A stretch of 32,000 bases of DNA from Propionibacteriaceae bacterium. Its GTDB lineage: Bacteria > Actinomycetota > Actinomycetes > Propionibacteriales > Propionibacteriaceae. The DNA lies in NCBI GenBank assembly GCA_031256725.1, contig JAIRQE010000025.1, forward strand, positions 120,001 to 152,000, given 5' to 3'. Shown here piece by piece: positions 11,250 to 20,249 of this stretch. A model generated the notes under the pieces. That model searched no databases. It was given only the letters and a program-made list of their open reading frames with translations, and was not told where the DNA came from. Positions within the stretch are counted from its first letter, which is position 1. Each line of letters begins with the position of its first letter. The position numbers and the translations under genes are program-made.

Positions 11250-11283
11250 ATGTTGCGTACTGCGTCTTTGCGCAGTACAACAT
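11250..11283 (+). terminator. Hairpin downstream of purL (terminator-like, no U-tract)
   Basis: ATGTTGCGTACTGCG-TCTTT-GCGCAGTACAACAT is an imperfect inverted repeat 40 nt after the purL stop. Confidence 0.35.
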
Positions 11284-11290
11284 CCAGACT

Positions 11291-11569
11291 ATGTATTTAG
11301 AACTTCTAAGACGCAATTGTCAGGTCTATGTGGGACAGATGGGTACCACCGGAATCGACTTTATTGCGACCAAGGGTGACCACCGACTGTACATTCAAGT
11401 TGCTGCAACAATGCGCGAAGCGTCCACACGGCAACGTGAACTGGCTCTTCTACGTACGAATGGTGAGCGGAGCCTACCTGGTACTCAGGCTTTGTTGGCG
11501 TCTATCTCATTTATCTTTTTGTGGAATATCTGCATCATTATGGTGATGAATTCATCTGAGAATTTCTGA
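11291..11569 (+). pseudogene. C-terminal remnant of a COG1373/DUF4143-type AAA ATPase
   Basis: YLELLRRNCQVYVGQMGTTGIDFIATKGDHRLYIQVAATMREASTRQRE matches the conserved C-terminal block of these roughly 400-aa ATPases (..VYLELLRRGY.VYVGK...EIDFIA...IYIQV.....T..RE). The whole N-terminal ATPase part is absent. The tail of the ORF runs antisense into the next gene. Confidence 0.5.
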
Positions 11570-12660
11570 TCAAGTACTAGTTCATTGACTTTTTGCTCTA
11601 GGGCAGTTTGGAAGGCGATTCCGAGGGCAGCAGTGAAGCCAGCAGCGACGGCTCCACTGATTGCAGCAGCTGCGACTCCAACACCAGGTACGAGTTTTAG
11701 GAGCGAGGTAACAGCTGCTTTTCCTCCGGCTTGCATTGCTAGTGGGGCGATAGCGGACACAAGTGCAGTGAAATCGTCTTCTTTGAACTTAAGCCCGTAG
11801 GCATTCGCGATTCCAGTGAGCATCATCATTTGTATTGGTACGAGAACAAGCGCGTCAGCGATGGGAATAGGTATCACACCTGCGGCTCCCGCGCCAGCAG
11901 TTGCTAAGGCTATAACTTGGGCTGCTGCCTTCTTTCGTACCTCAGCGGACACCTTCTGGGCCCCAGCGAAGGCTCGCTTCTGCGCGTCAGGCAATAATTC
12001 ATAGGACAACTCTGAGAGTTCCTTGAGTCCAAAACCCTCTTTAACGACTGCCCCGTCAATCGTCCTATCCTCAGCAAGAATAGGAACTATGGCTTTAACG
12101 GGTAGACCCCCAGCATCTTTCTGGCTTTGAAGATAGGCCATGAGTTCGCGGGTCTCATGTCCATCGAAACTCTTTGTTATAACGATGACGATGTCAATTT
12201 GCTTGGCTAAGTCTCGGATGAATTCAAGTTCGAGTGGCTCAACACGCACTCCAACCGAGGCGATACAATACCACAACAAATGAATATCGTCGTTCTTGTC
12301 CTCTGTTTTCCGACTAGCCCGAATCAACTTCTTCAGGTTTGACTGAATATCTTTTTGGACATGAGCGTCGAGTTCTAGTCCCTTTACATCGTAAATACGT
12401 AGGGGGATATTATCTTTATGGTAGATATTAATAGTCTGTGTTACGGGTTCACCAATACCGGTTGCGGCTATATCTTCACCAAAGATTGCGTTGATGAGGG
12501 TACTTTTACCGACGCCAGTTTTGCCAGCGAGCATGATATTGACTCTGTCAGGCTCTTCCATGGATGGTTCTTGTTCATCTGATTTCTTGAAAACCAAATC
12601 TACGCGATCCTTAACGTTATCTAGCATATTCTGTAGTGGCATGAGTTCCCCCTTTGACAT
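11485..12660 (-). CDS. P-loop GTPase (MMR_HSR1-like) fused to a DUF697/YcjF-like membrane domain
   Basis: G1 GKTGVGKST, G3-like DVKG, G4-like ITKSFD. The C-terminal Ala/Gly-rich hydrophobic region (GVIPIPIADALVLVPIQMMMLTGIANAYG) is typical of DUF697. The probable start is ATG 12642, with AAGGGGGA 6 nt upstream. GC is clearly lower than in the flanking genes. Confidence 0.8.
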   Translation of the reverse strand: MSKGELMPLQNMLDNVKDRVDLVFKKSDEQEPSMEEPDRVNIMLAGKTGVGKSTLINAIFGEDIAATGIGEPVTQTINIYHKDNIPLRIYDVKGLELDAHVQKDIQSNLKKLIRASRKTEDKNDDIHLLWYCIASVGVRVEPLELEFIRDLAKQIDIVIVITKSFDGHETRELMAYLQSQKDAGGLPVKAIVPILAEDRTIDGAVVKEGFGLKELSELSYELLPDAQKRAFAGAQKVSAEVRKKAAAQVIALATAGAGAAGVIPIPIADALVLVPIQMMMLTGIANAYGLKFKEDDFTALVSAIAPLAMQAGGKAAVTSLLKLVPGVGVAAAAISGAVAAGFTAALGIAFQTALEQKVNELVLDQKFSDEFITIMMQIFHKKINEIDANKA

Positions 12661-12732
12661 GAGACCATCAGATCCGGGGGATGCTCACGAAGCACCCTCC
12701 CAACTCGAGAGTCTTAGCACTTTTGCGCTTCG

Positions 12733-12764
12733 ATGATAGCATATCAACGGGGGGGGGGTGTCAA
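12733..12764 (-). promoter_or_regulatory. Candidate sigma-70-type promoter with a C10 tract in the spacer
   Basis: The minus strand reads TTGACA-CCCCCCCCCC-GTTGATATGC-TATCAT. It has a perfect -35 (12759-12764) and a -10-like TATCAT (12733-12738) at a 20 nt spacer. An alternative -10, TATGCT (12738-12743), sits at a 15 nt spacer. The element lies roughly 70-100 nt upstream of the GTPase start. Confidence 0.45.
12749..12758. repeat. Homopolymeric G10 (C10 on the minus strand) tract
   Basis: Read directly from ..atatcaacGGGGGGGGGGtgtcaatg.. Confidence 0.95.
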
Positions 12765-12823
12765 TGAGAAAACGGTTGGAAAGCGGTACTTTTTCGTACC
12801 AGAACCGCCCCTGTACCTCTGGG

Positions 12824-13846
12824 TTAAAAGTCAAAGTCGTTGATGTTTTCGGCGGTGAACCTTTGTACTGGGCCGAGGATCACGGTTGCGTTGTCACCAA
12901 CCATGATGGTACCCAAAGTACCAGCTTCAAAGGTGTCACCCTTGGCGCCGGTGATCTCACCGTTGATGAGTGCTTTGGCAGCGAAGGTGGATAGGTACCC
13001 AAGGTCACCGGGGTTCCACAGCGCGAACTGGGTGACTGTACCAGCGCTGACGTAGTCTTTCATGAGGCTCGGGAGGGATAGGCCGGTCAGGGCGACCTTG
13101 CCTGCGAACTCGGAGCCTTGGATGTACCGAGCGGCAGCGGGTAACCCAACGGCAGTCGGGGAGATGATACCCACTAGGCTCGGATGGGAATCAAGTATCG
13201 CGGCGGTCCTGTCGAAGGATTGCTGATCGTTGTCATTGCCATAGAAGGTACCGACAATAGTGATGCCGGGGTGCTCCGCGGCGAAGATCTCGTTGGCGAT
13301 CCTCATCCACTCGTTTTGGTTGTGGGCCTTCGAGCCGGCGGACAGCCATGCAACCTCGCCGGTGTCACCGATCTGGGCGACCATCATTTCCACGAGGGTA
13401 CGGGCGACCTCCTCATAGGCGGCCTGGTTCACGAAGAGGTCGCGGCAGGTGGTGTCCGCGTCGAAGGTGATGACTTTCACGCCTGCTGCTTGAACGCCTT
13501 TGACGGCATCACAGAGGGCCTCGGGATCATTGGCGGACAGGATGAGAGCATCCATTCCCTGCTTGGTGGCGTTCGTGACGAAGGATACCTGGGATTCACC
13601 GGAGCCACTCCCGCCGGATGGGCCAGTGTAGTTGAGGTTTCCACCAAACTCGACAGCAGCATCCTTGGCGCCATTATTGGACGCATCGAAATAGGGATTG
13701 CCGAGGTTTTTGGGCAGCATGAGAAAGTTGTAGCTGCTGGTCGATTCCCCAGGTTCGGTACCAGGGTTGTCGGGCTTCGAGGTACACCCAGTCAGTGCCA
13801 GGCAGGTCACGGCCGCAAGCGCGGCGATCTTCGTTGTGAACTTCAT
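12824..13846 (-). CDS. Sugar / autoinducer-2-type periplasmic binding lipoprotein (LsrB/RbsB-like, Peripla_BP_4)
   Basis: Lipobox LALTGCTS. The body resembles E. coli LsrB along its length as I recall it (PKNLGNPYF .. ILSANDPEALCDAVK .. VITFDADT .. NQNEW .. ISPTAVGLPAAA .. C-terminal ENINDFDF versus LsrB ..ENIGKYDF). No adjacent permease or ATPase genes. Confidence 0.85.
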   Translation of the reverse strand: MKFTTKIAALAAVTCLALTGCTSKPDNPGTEPGESTSSYNFLMLPKNLGNPYFDASNNGAKDAAVEFGGNLNYTGPSGGSGSGESQVSFVTNATKQGMDALILSANDPEALCDAVKGVQAAGVKVITFDADTTCRDLFVNQAAYEEVARTLVEMMVAQIGDTGEVAWLSAGSKAHNQNEWMRIANEIFAAEHPGITIVGTFYGNDNDQQSFDRTAAILDSHPSLVGIISPTAVGLPAAARYIQGSEFAGKVALTGLSLPSLMKDYVSAGTVTQFALWNPGDLGYLSTFAAKALINGEITGAKGDTFEAGTLGTIMVGDNATVILGPVQRFTAENINDFDF

Positions 13847-14180
13847 TATATCTACTATACACCAGGATTGTGTGTTGGTAGGTACTCTAAGAGTTGTGAA
13901 GTTCTACTCGGTTTTAAGGAGGGTACACTTCGCAAACTAGTGATATCATGTAAACGAAGTCAGGATTGTGCCGTTTTTGAAGTACGGCAATCCACAGATC
14001 GAGAATTATGAAGCGTACCTAACTAATGTCGGTAATGTCAGAGGACGTATCTCATGGCACAGCTTGTCCAGCAGTATTTCATCACTAACACAGATGAAGT
14101 CAGACTTGTGAAGTTTTGAATATCAACGACCGGTGGCATGAATAATCATGGGATTTTTACGCCTGAGGCACCCCTTCTCA

Positions 14181-14207
14181 TTTGCACTCTTACCCCGAGA
14201 GTGCTAA
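14181..14207. promoter_or_regulatory. CIRCE (HrcA operator) 1 upstream of groEL
   Basis: TTTGCACTC-N9-GAGTGCTAA versus the consensus TTAGCACTC-N9-GAGTGCTAA (1 mismatch). Confidence 0.85.
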
Positions 14208-14214
14208 GAATGTA

Positions 14215-14241
14215 TTAGCACTCGTACTATGAGAGTGCTAC
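14215..14241. promoter_or_regulatory. CIRCE (HrcA operator) 2 upstream of groEL
   Basis: TTAGCACTC-N9-GAGTGCTAC (1 mismatch), 7 nt after CIRCE 1. Confidence 0.85.
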
Positions 14242-14294
14242 GTCTGACAGTGAGACTGAAAAGTCGTCCGTCGCGGGCACTGAGCAGGCGCTGA

Positions 14295-15953
<1,659 letters not shown>

Positions 15954-15969
15954 TCCAACTCTTAGCATT

Positions 15970-15997
15970 GGGCGGTCCTTCGGGGCCGCCCTTTGTC
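15970..15997 (+). terminator. Intrinsic terminator of groEL
   Basis: GGGCGGTCC-TTCG-GGGCCGCCC hairpin followed by TTTGTCT, 17 nt after the stop. Confidence 0.7.
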
Positions 15998-16257
15998 TAT
16001 GGAATGGGTATTAGTTCTAGGCGTTCACCTGGGCGGGTGTACTCGCTGTCATCGGGGACTGTGGAACCACACCTCATCGTCATGTACGAGCAGCCTCCCA
16101 GAGGAGAAGCCTCCTCTCCAGATATCGGCAATGGCTAGGTGTTTCTCTCGGAACCACGAGTGATGGCGGCACGTTACACCAACCTCCAATTGGGGTGCAG
16201 GCACAGTCACCTACACTCCTAAGGATGGTGGCGAACAGATCACCCGTATAACGTCAA

Positions 16258-16366
16258 GCGGAGGGTGGGGTACATCTGTTGTGAACCGTATCCCCGAACG
16301 GAGGAGTTGTTTCCAAAGGAAAAAACTGCGTGAGTGCGTTCGCAATAGATGTATCCCACCCTCCGC
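16258..16366. repeat. Long-range inverted repeat (20-nt arms, 19/20 complementary) enclosing a roughly 69 nt structured core
   Basis: GCGGAGGGTGGGGTACATCT (16258-16277) pairs with AGATGTATCCCACCCTCCGC (16347-16366). There are inner hairpins CCGT..ACGG and GTTGTTTCC-AAA-GGAAAAAAC. It sits in a roughly 500 bp ORF-free gap between the convergent groEL and narK. Confidence 0.5.
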
Positions 16367-16497
16367 GTACACCATCTCTGGATCCTGCGACTACCGCGCA
16401 GGATGACGTAGGAGGGCCAGCAGGATGATGTGGAAAAACATGACGGACCAGGACGTCCGGGAGTCTTGATCCGTCGTTTGTTCAGCACGGGAGAGGG

Positions 16498-18069
16498 TTA
16501 AACTCGGGTGCCTTTCTTCATGTAGGGGATGATGTAGAACGCTACCAATGTCACAAGGAAGATGATGTAGGCGAAGAACAACCACCACAGACCGAGTTGG
16601 TATCCTTCGACAACCCATGCCCCTTCTTCACCAAGTTCAAGCTTCTTCATAGTTGTAGCCTTGTTGAAGACCTGGGGTACGAGGAAGCCACCATAGGCAC
16701 CGAAGGCAGAGACTATACCCAAGGCCGCAGAGGTCTTGCGTACGGTGGAGATGCCCGCCGACTTATTGTGGGCGTCCATCTGACCAGCCTTATAGGCGAA
16801 TACCGTCGGGATCATCTTGTACATTGAACCGTTGCCAACGCCGGTGGCAGCAAACAACACGATGAAACAGGCTAAAAATGCCCAGAAGTAGTTGTTTGAG
16901 TTTTCAGCCTGACGTGCAGTCTTGAGTACCTGGATGGAGGAGAAGGTTGCCAGGATCATGACGATGAAGGCAGCAACAGTGACGTAGGCGCCACCAACCT
17001 TGTCAGCCAACTTGCCACCGAAGGGGCGTACAAGTGAACCAGTGAGTGGTCCAAGGAAGGCCAGACCGATTCCGACGATTCCAATATGGATCATGGAGTA
17101 CGCCTTGAACTGATCGGCGATCAGCTTCGGGAAGGCGCCAGCCAGACCGATGAAGGAACCGAAGGTACCGATGTAGAGGAAGGACAGTAGCCACATATGG
17201 GGCTCCTTGAGAGCAGCCATATAACCCTGCGAGTCCGCCTTGGCGCTGGAGAGGTTGTTCATGCCCCAAATGGCTCCAGCAATACCGAGAAGAATGAAGG
17301 GTATCCAGAACCAGCCAGCGATGGGTAGGTTCACGATGCGTGTAGTGTCTTCATTGGGACTGGTGACAGCTGCTGCGGTGATCGTGATGAGGATCGGTAC
17401 AGTGAACTGGGCCACAGCAGCACCAATGTTGCCACCAGCAGCATTGAGTCCAAGAGCCCAGCCCTTCATCCTTTGCGGATAGAAGAAGGTGATGTTGGCC
17501 ATGGAGCTCGCAAAGTTTCCACCACCGAAGCCGCCCAGTGCTGCAATAAGGAGCATGACACAAAAGGTGGTACCACCTGTGACCACTCCGCTGACGGGAT
17601 CTACTGTCGGATGGTTGGAAATGGCGAAGGCCATTGCTGTGGTGGGAATGAGCAGCAGCGCCGCAGACACAATGGTCCAGTTTCGCCCACCAATCGCAGA
17701 AACCATGAATGTGTAAGGGAAACGCAGGGTTGCGCCCACCAAGGAGGGAAGGGAAATCAGCCAGAATTGCTGGGAGGAATCAAAACTGAATCCATACCAT
17801 CCATTCAGGGAGACGACGACGATGCTCCATAACTGCCAAACTACGAACCCAAGAAACTCAGCATAGATAGAGAATCCTAGATTGCGCTTGGCAATCTTTG
17901 ACCCTTCTCTTTCCCATTGAGCGTTGTTTTCGGAGTCCCACCCGTCAATCCAACGCCCTTTACGGAAGGTTAGCTTGCCCGAGCTGGAGTCGTCGACCCC
18001 ACTGCCCTGAGGCAAATTCTCTTTAGCGCTCACGATGAAGCCTTTCATTGAGGTCGGACTTCTTCTCAC
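16498..18069 (-). CDS. narK: NarK-family nitrate/nitrite transporter (MFS)
   Basis: The sequence is collinear with E. coli NarK as I recall it (W..E....W...G..IA.RNL.. ; LPSLVGATLRFPYTFMV..GGRNWT ; GGGNFASSMANITFFYP ; GLNAGGGNIG ; YIGTFGSFIG). An alternative start is at ATG 18048. Confidence 0.85.
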   Translation of the reverse strand: MRRSPTSMKGFIVSAKENLPQGSGVDDSSSGKLTFRKGRWIDGWDSENNAQWEREGSKIAKRNLGFSIYAEFLGFVVWQLWSIVVVSLNGWYGFSFDSSQQFWLISLPSLVGATLRFPYTFMVSAIGGRNWTIVSAALLLIPTTAMAFAISNHPTVDPVSGVVTGGTTFCVMLLIAALGGFGGGNFASSMANITFFYPQRMKGWALGLNAAGGNIGAAVAQFTVPILITITAAAVTSPNEDTTRIVNLPIAGWFWIPFILLGIAGAIWGMNNLSSAKADSQGYMAALKEPHMWLLSFLYIGTFGSFIGLAGAFPKLIADQFKAYSMIHIGIVGIGLAFLGPLTGSLVRPFGGKLADKVGGAYVTVAAFIVMILATFSSIQVLKTARQAENSNNYFWAFLACFIVLFAATGVGNGSMYKMIPTVFAYKAGQMDAHNKSAGISTVRKTSAALGIVSAFGAYGGFLVPQVFNKATTMKKLELGEEGAWVVEGYQLGLWWLFFAYIIFLVTLVAFYIIPYMKKGTRV

Positions 18070-18688
18070 AACCCAGTTTAAGACGTCCGGCTCGCCATCA
18101 AGCCTCGACTTCCTATTGGTATGTGAACTCCGATCAGTGGCGCTAAGATATGTTCAACACCACGGACATCACCACGCCAGCGAGTCCAGGCAAGCTCAAG
18201 GGTCGTTCGATCATTGATTGTCATGCTCAGGCTGTACGTTCGGGATGGGCTCTAGGCCACCCGGTTTTAACCGCAACCCTCTCGACATCACTGATGAGGC
18301 GAAGGCCGCAGGCAAAGAAATTGGGCCCTATATCGTTGAGCAACTCGATCGAGGAGGCTTCCTTAAGGTTCGCGGTCGAAGATCCCGATGATCCGGCCAA
18401 CTTCCCGAGATGTTTGACCTTGTGGAGAACAACCTTGAGACGAGGCACACCCTCAACCGGCTGGCATTTCTATCAATGCTGATCCCCTGCGCCTCAATGT
18501 TCTTGATCTTAAATCAATAACTCTTGTTTCATTCAGAAATTCTGGGATCATTCAGATAAGCACGCACTATTTAACATTCATAGCACAGTTAAGGTTGATT
18601 TGTAGCAACCATCCATTTGTGACTACTTAACTGTTAAGGAATAGAATTAAACCCTGAAAGGAAAACGATAAACTCCAAAGGAGGAGTC

Positions 18689-19468
18689 ATGCCAGCTCGC
18701 TCAACGCCTCGTATCTATGATGGAACAACAGGAGGCTCATCTCATGGTGGACGTCGTACCCATATCATCCAAATTCTTCGCGATGCGAAGGAGCCCCTCT
18801 CTGTTATTCAAATTGCTAACATGGTCGGGATTCACGCCAATACAGCACGATTTCACTTGGAATCCCTGGTTGATGCTGGGATGGCGCTCAGGGAGACAGA
18901 AGCTTCAGGGCAACCAGGTCGTCGCAGAATTCTGTACACAGGTACCCTTCCAAATCAGACCCATGAGCGAGCACAGGGGTACCGTCTTCTTGCTCAGATC
19001 CTCACGGGAACAATCGCCACACGATTCCCCGAAGTTGGGGATGAGATGTACGAAGTCGGTCGCCAATGGGGAAGCTATCTGACTAGCCGCCCAACCCCCT
19101 TCGAGACTCTTGATGAGTCTGAGATCGACCAGAGGGTCATGGACAAGTTGGACGCTTTGTGGTTCGCACCAGAATCTGTACGAATCCCTCGCCCGCACCT
19201 GCTTCTTCACAACTGTCCATTCATGGAATCAGCCAGGGAGGCCCCCAACGTGGTGTGCAGACTCCATGTTGGGATGATCAACGGTTCCCTTGAGGAACTG
19301 CGCTCCAGTCAGCGTGTCGTTGAACTCAACCCCTTCCTTGAACCACATCTATGTCGGGCCTGGCTCGGTTCGGCCTCCGAAGTTGAGAACGTACCCGTGC
19401 CTCTAGTTTTTTCAGCCGAACCTGAGGAACGCGAAGAAGAAGTGAACCTGGAGTTCGACGAATTCTAG
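18689..19468 (+). CDS. ArsR-like winged-HTH transcriptional regulator (COG2345-type) with a Cys-containing C-terminal domain
   Basis: AAAGGAGGAG RBS. wHTH: ILRDAKEPLSVIQIANMVGIHANTARFHLESLVDAGMA..GRRRILY. The C-terminal part carries NCPF..(x13)..VCRLHVGMINGSL and a third Cys (PHLCRAW), the pattern seen in this actinobacterial regulator family. Confidence 0.7.
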   Translation: MPARSTPRIYDGTTGGSSHGGRRTHIIQILRDAKEPLSVIQIANMVGIHANTARFHLESLVDAGMALRETEASGQPGRRRILYTGTLPNQTHERAQGYRLLAQILTGTIATRFPEVGDEMYEVGRQWGSYLTSRPTPFETLDESEIDQRVMDKLDALWFAPESVRIPRPHLLLHNCPFMESAREAPNVVCRLHVGMINGSLEELRSSQRVVELNPFLEPHLCRAWLGSASEVENVPVPLVFSAEPEEREEEVNLEFDEF

Positions 19469-19502
19469 ATCAAGGCGAGTCCACTTCCCTTGCCCATCAC
19501 AG

Positions 19503-20165
19503 ATGGGGAACACTAGACCTATGTCAGGTGTACTTCATGTGAGGGTCACAAGCCCTTATGAGGCAGAATGCGCGGAAGCCGGCGGGGCTGACCGCCTGAT
19601 CCTCACCTCCGATGAGGGGCTGTCGCCCCTACCTGAGACTGTGACTAAGATCCGCGCAGCATCCACCGTAGAGATGAGGGTCGTACTACGCCTACGCGAG
19701 GGCTACACCACTGATGGTGGAGAGATTGCCCGACTTCGGGGACTAGCCTCCACGTATATTGAGGCTGGAGTCGATGGATTCGTCTTCGGATTCCTCACCT
19801 ATATGGCCGAAATCGATGACCTGGTTTGTGTAGAGGTTGCCTCAGATGCGACGTGGGCCTGGACCTTTGATCGAGCCGTCGATGCCACTCTTGATCCCAT
19901 CCGAGCTCAACAAATAGTTGAATCCCTTCCAAGGGTCGACTCCATCATGACCGCTGGTTCCGCTAGGGAAATTGATCATGGCATTGATCGCCTCATCGCA
20001 CGCGCCGCCGACCACATCATTGCCGCTGGCGGCCTCAAGCCTGAGCATATTCCATGGTTGGTACGAGGGGGCCTGACCCAGTACTACATCGACACCACCC
20101 CTATTACCACCTCAGTGGTATCCACATGGAGAAGGCTGATAGACGACGAGATGGCACGAGTGTGA
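19503..20165 (+). CDS. cutC: CutC-family (copper homeostasis protein-like) TIM-barrel protein
   Basis: Collinear CutC landmarks: GGADRL.L (CutC GADRVELC), TFDRAVD (TFHRAFD), IMTAGS (VLTSGQ), IIAAGGL (IMAGAGV). Confidence 0.7.
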   Translation: MGNTRPMSGVLHVRVTSPYEAECAEAGGADRLILTSDEGLSPLPETVTKIRAASTVEMRVVLRLREGYTTDGGEIARLRGLASTYIEAGVDGFVFGFLTYMAEIDDLVCVEVASDATWAWTFDRAVDATLDPIRAQQIVESLPRVDSIMTAGSAREIDHGIDRLIARAADHIIAAGGLKPEHIPWLVRGGLTQYYIDTTPITTSVVSTWRRLIDDEMARV

Positions 20166-20174
20166 CAGGCGGAG

Positions 20175-20240
20175 CCGGTTCGTTGTGACGCAATGTCGAC
20201 TTTTGATCCAATGTCGACATTGTGTCAAAACGAACCGGCC
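20175..20240. repeat. Intergenic palindromic element, copy 2 (27-nt arms, 12-nt loop) between convergent genes
   Basis: GCCGGTTCGTTGTGACGCAATGTCGAC (20175-20201) pairs with GTCGACATTGTGTCAAAACGAACCGGC (20214-20240) with 2 mismatches. It shares GTGTCAAAA(A)CGAACCG(A/G)CCCCA with copy 1. Confidence 0.6.
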
Positions 20241-20249
20241 CCAAAAAAG

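Noticed and set aside
12758-12994. 78-aa plus-strand ORF starting in the poly-G region.
   Set aside because: It runs antisense through the 3' end of the solute-binding protein gene and has no RBS or homology.
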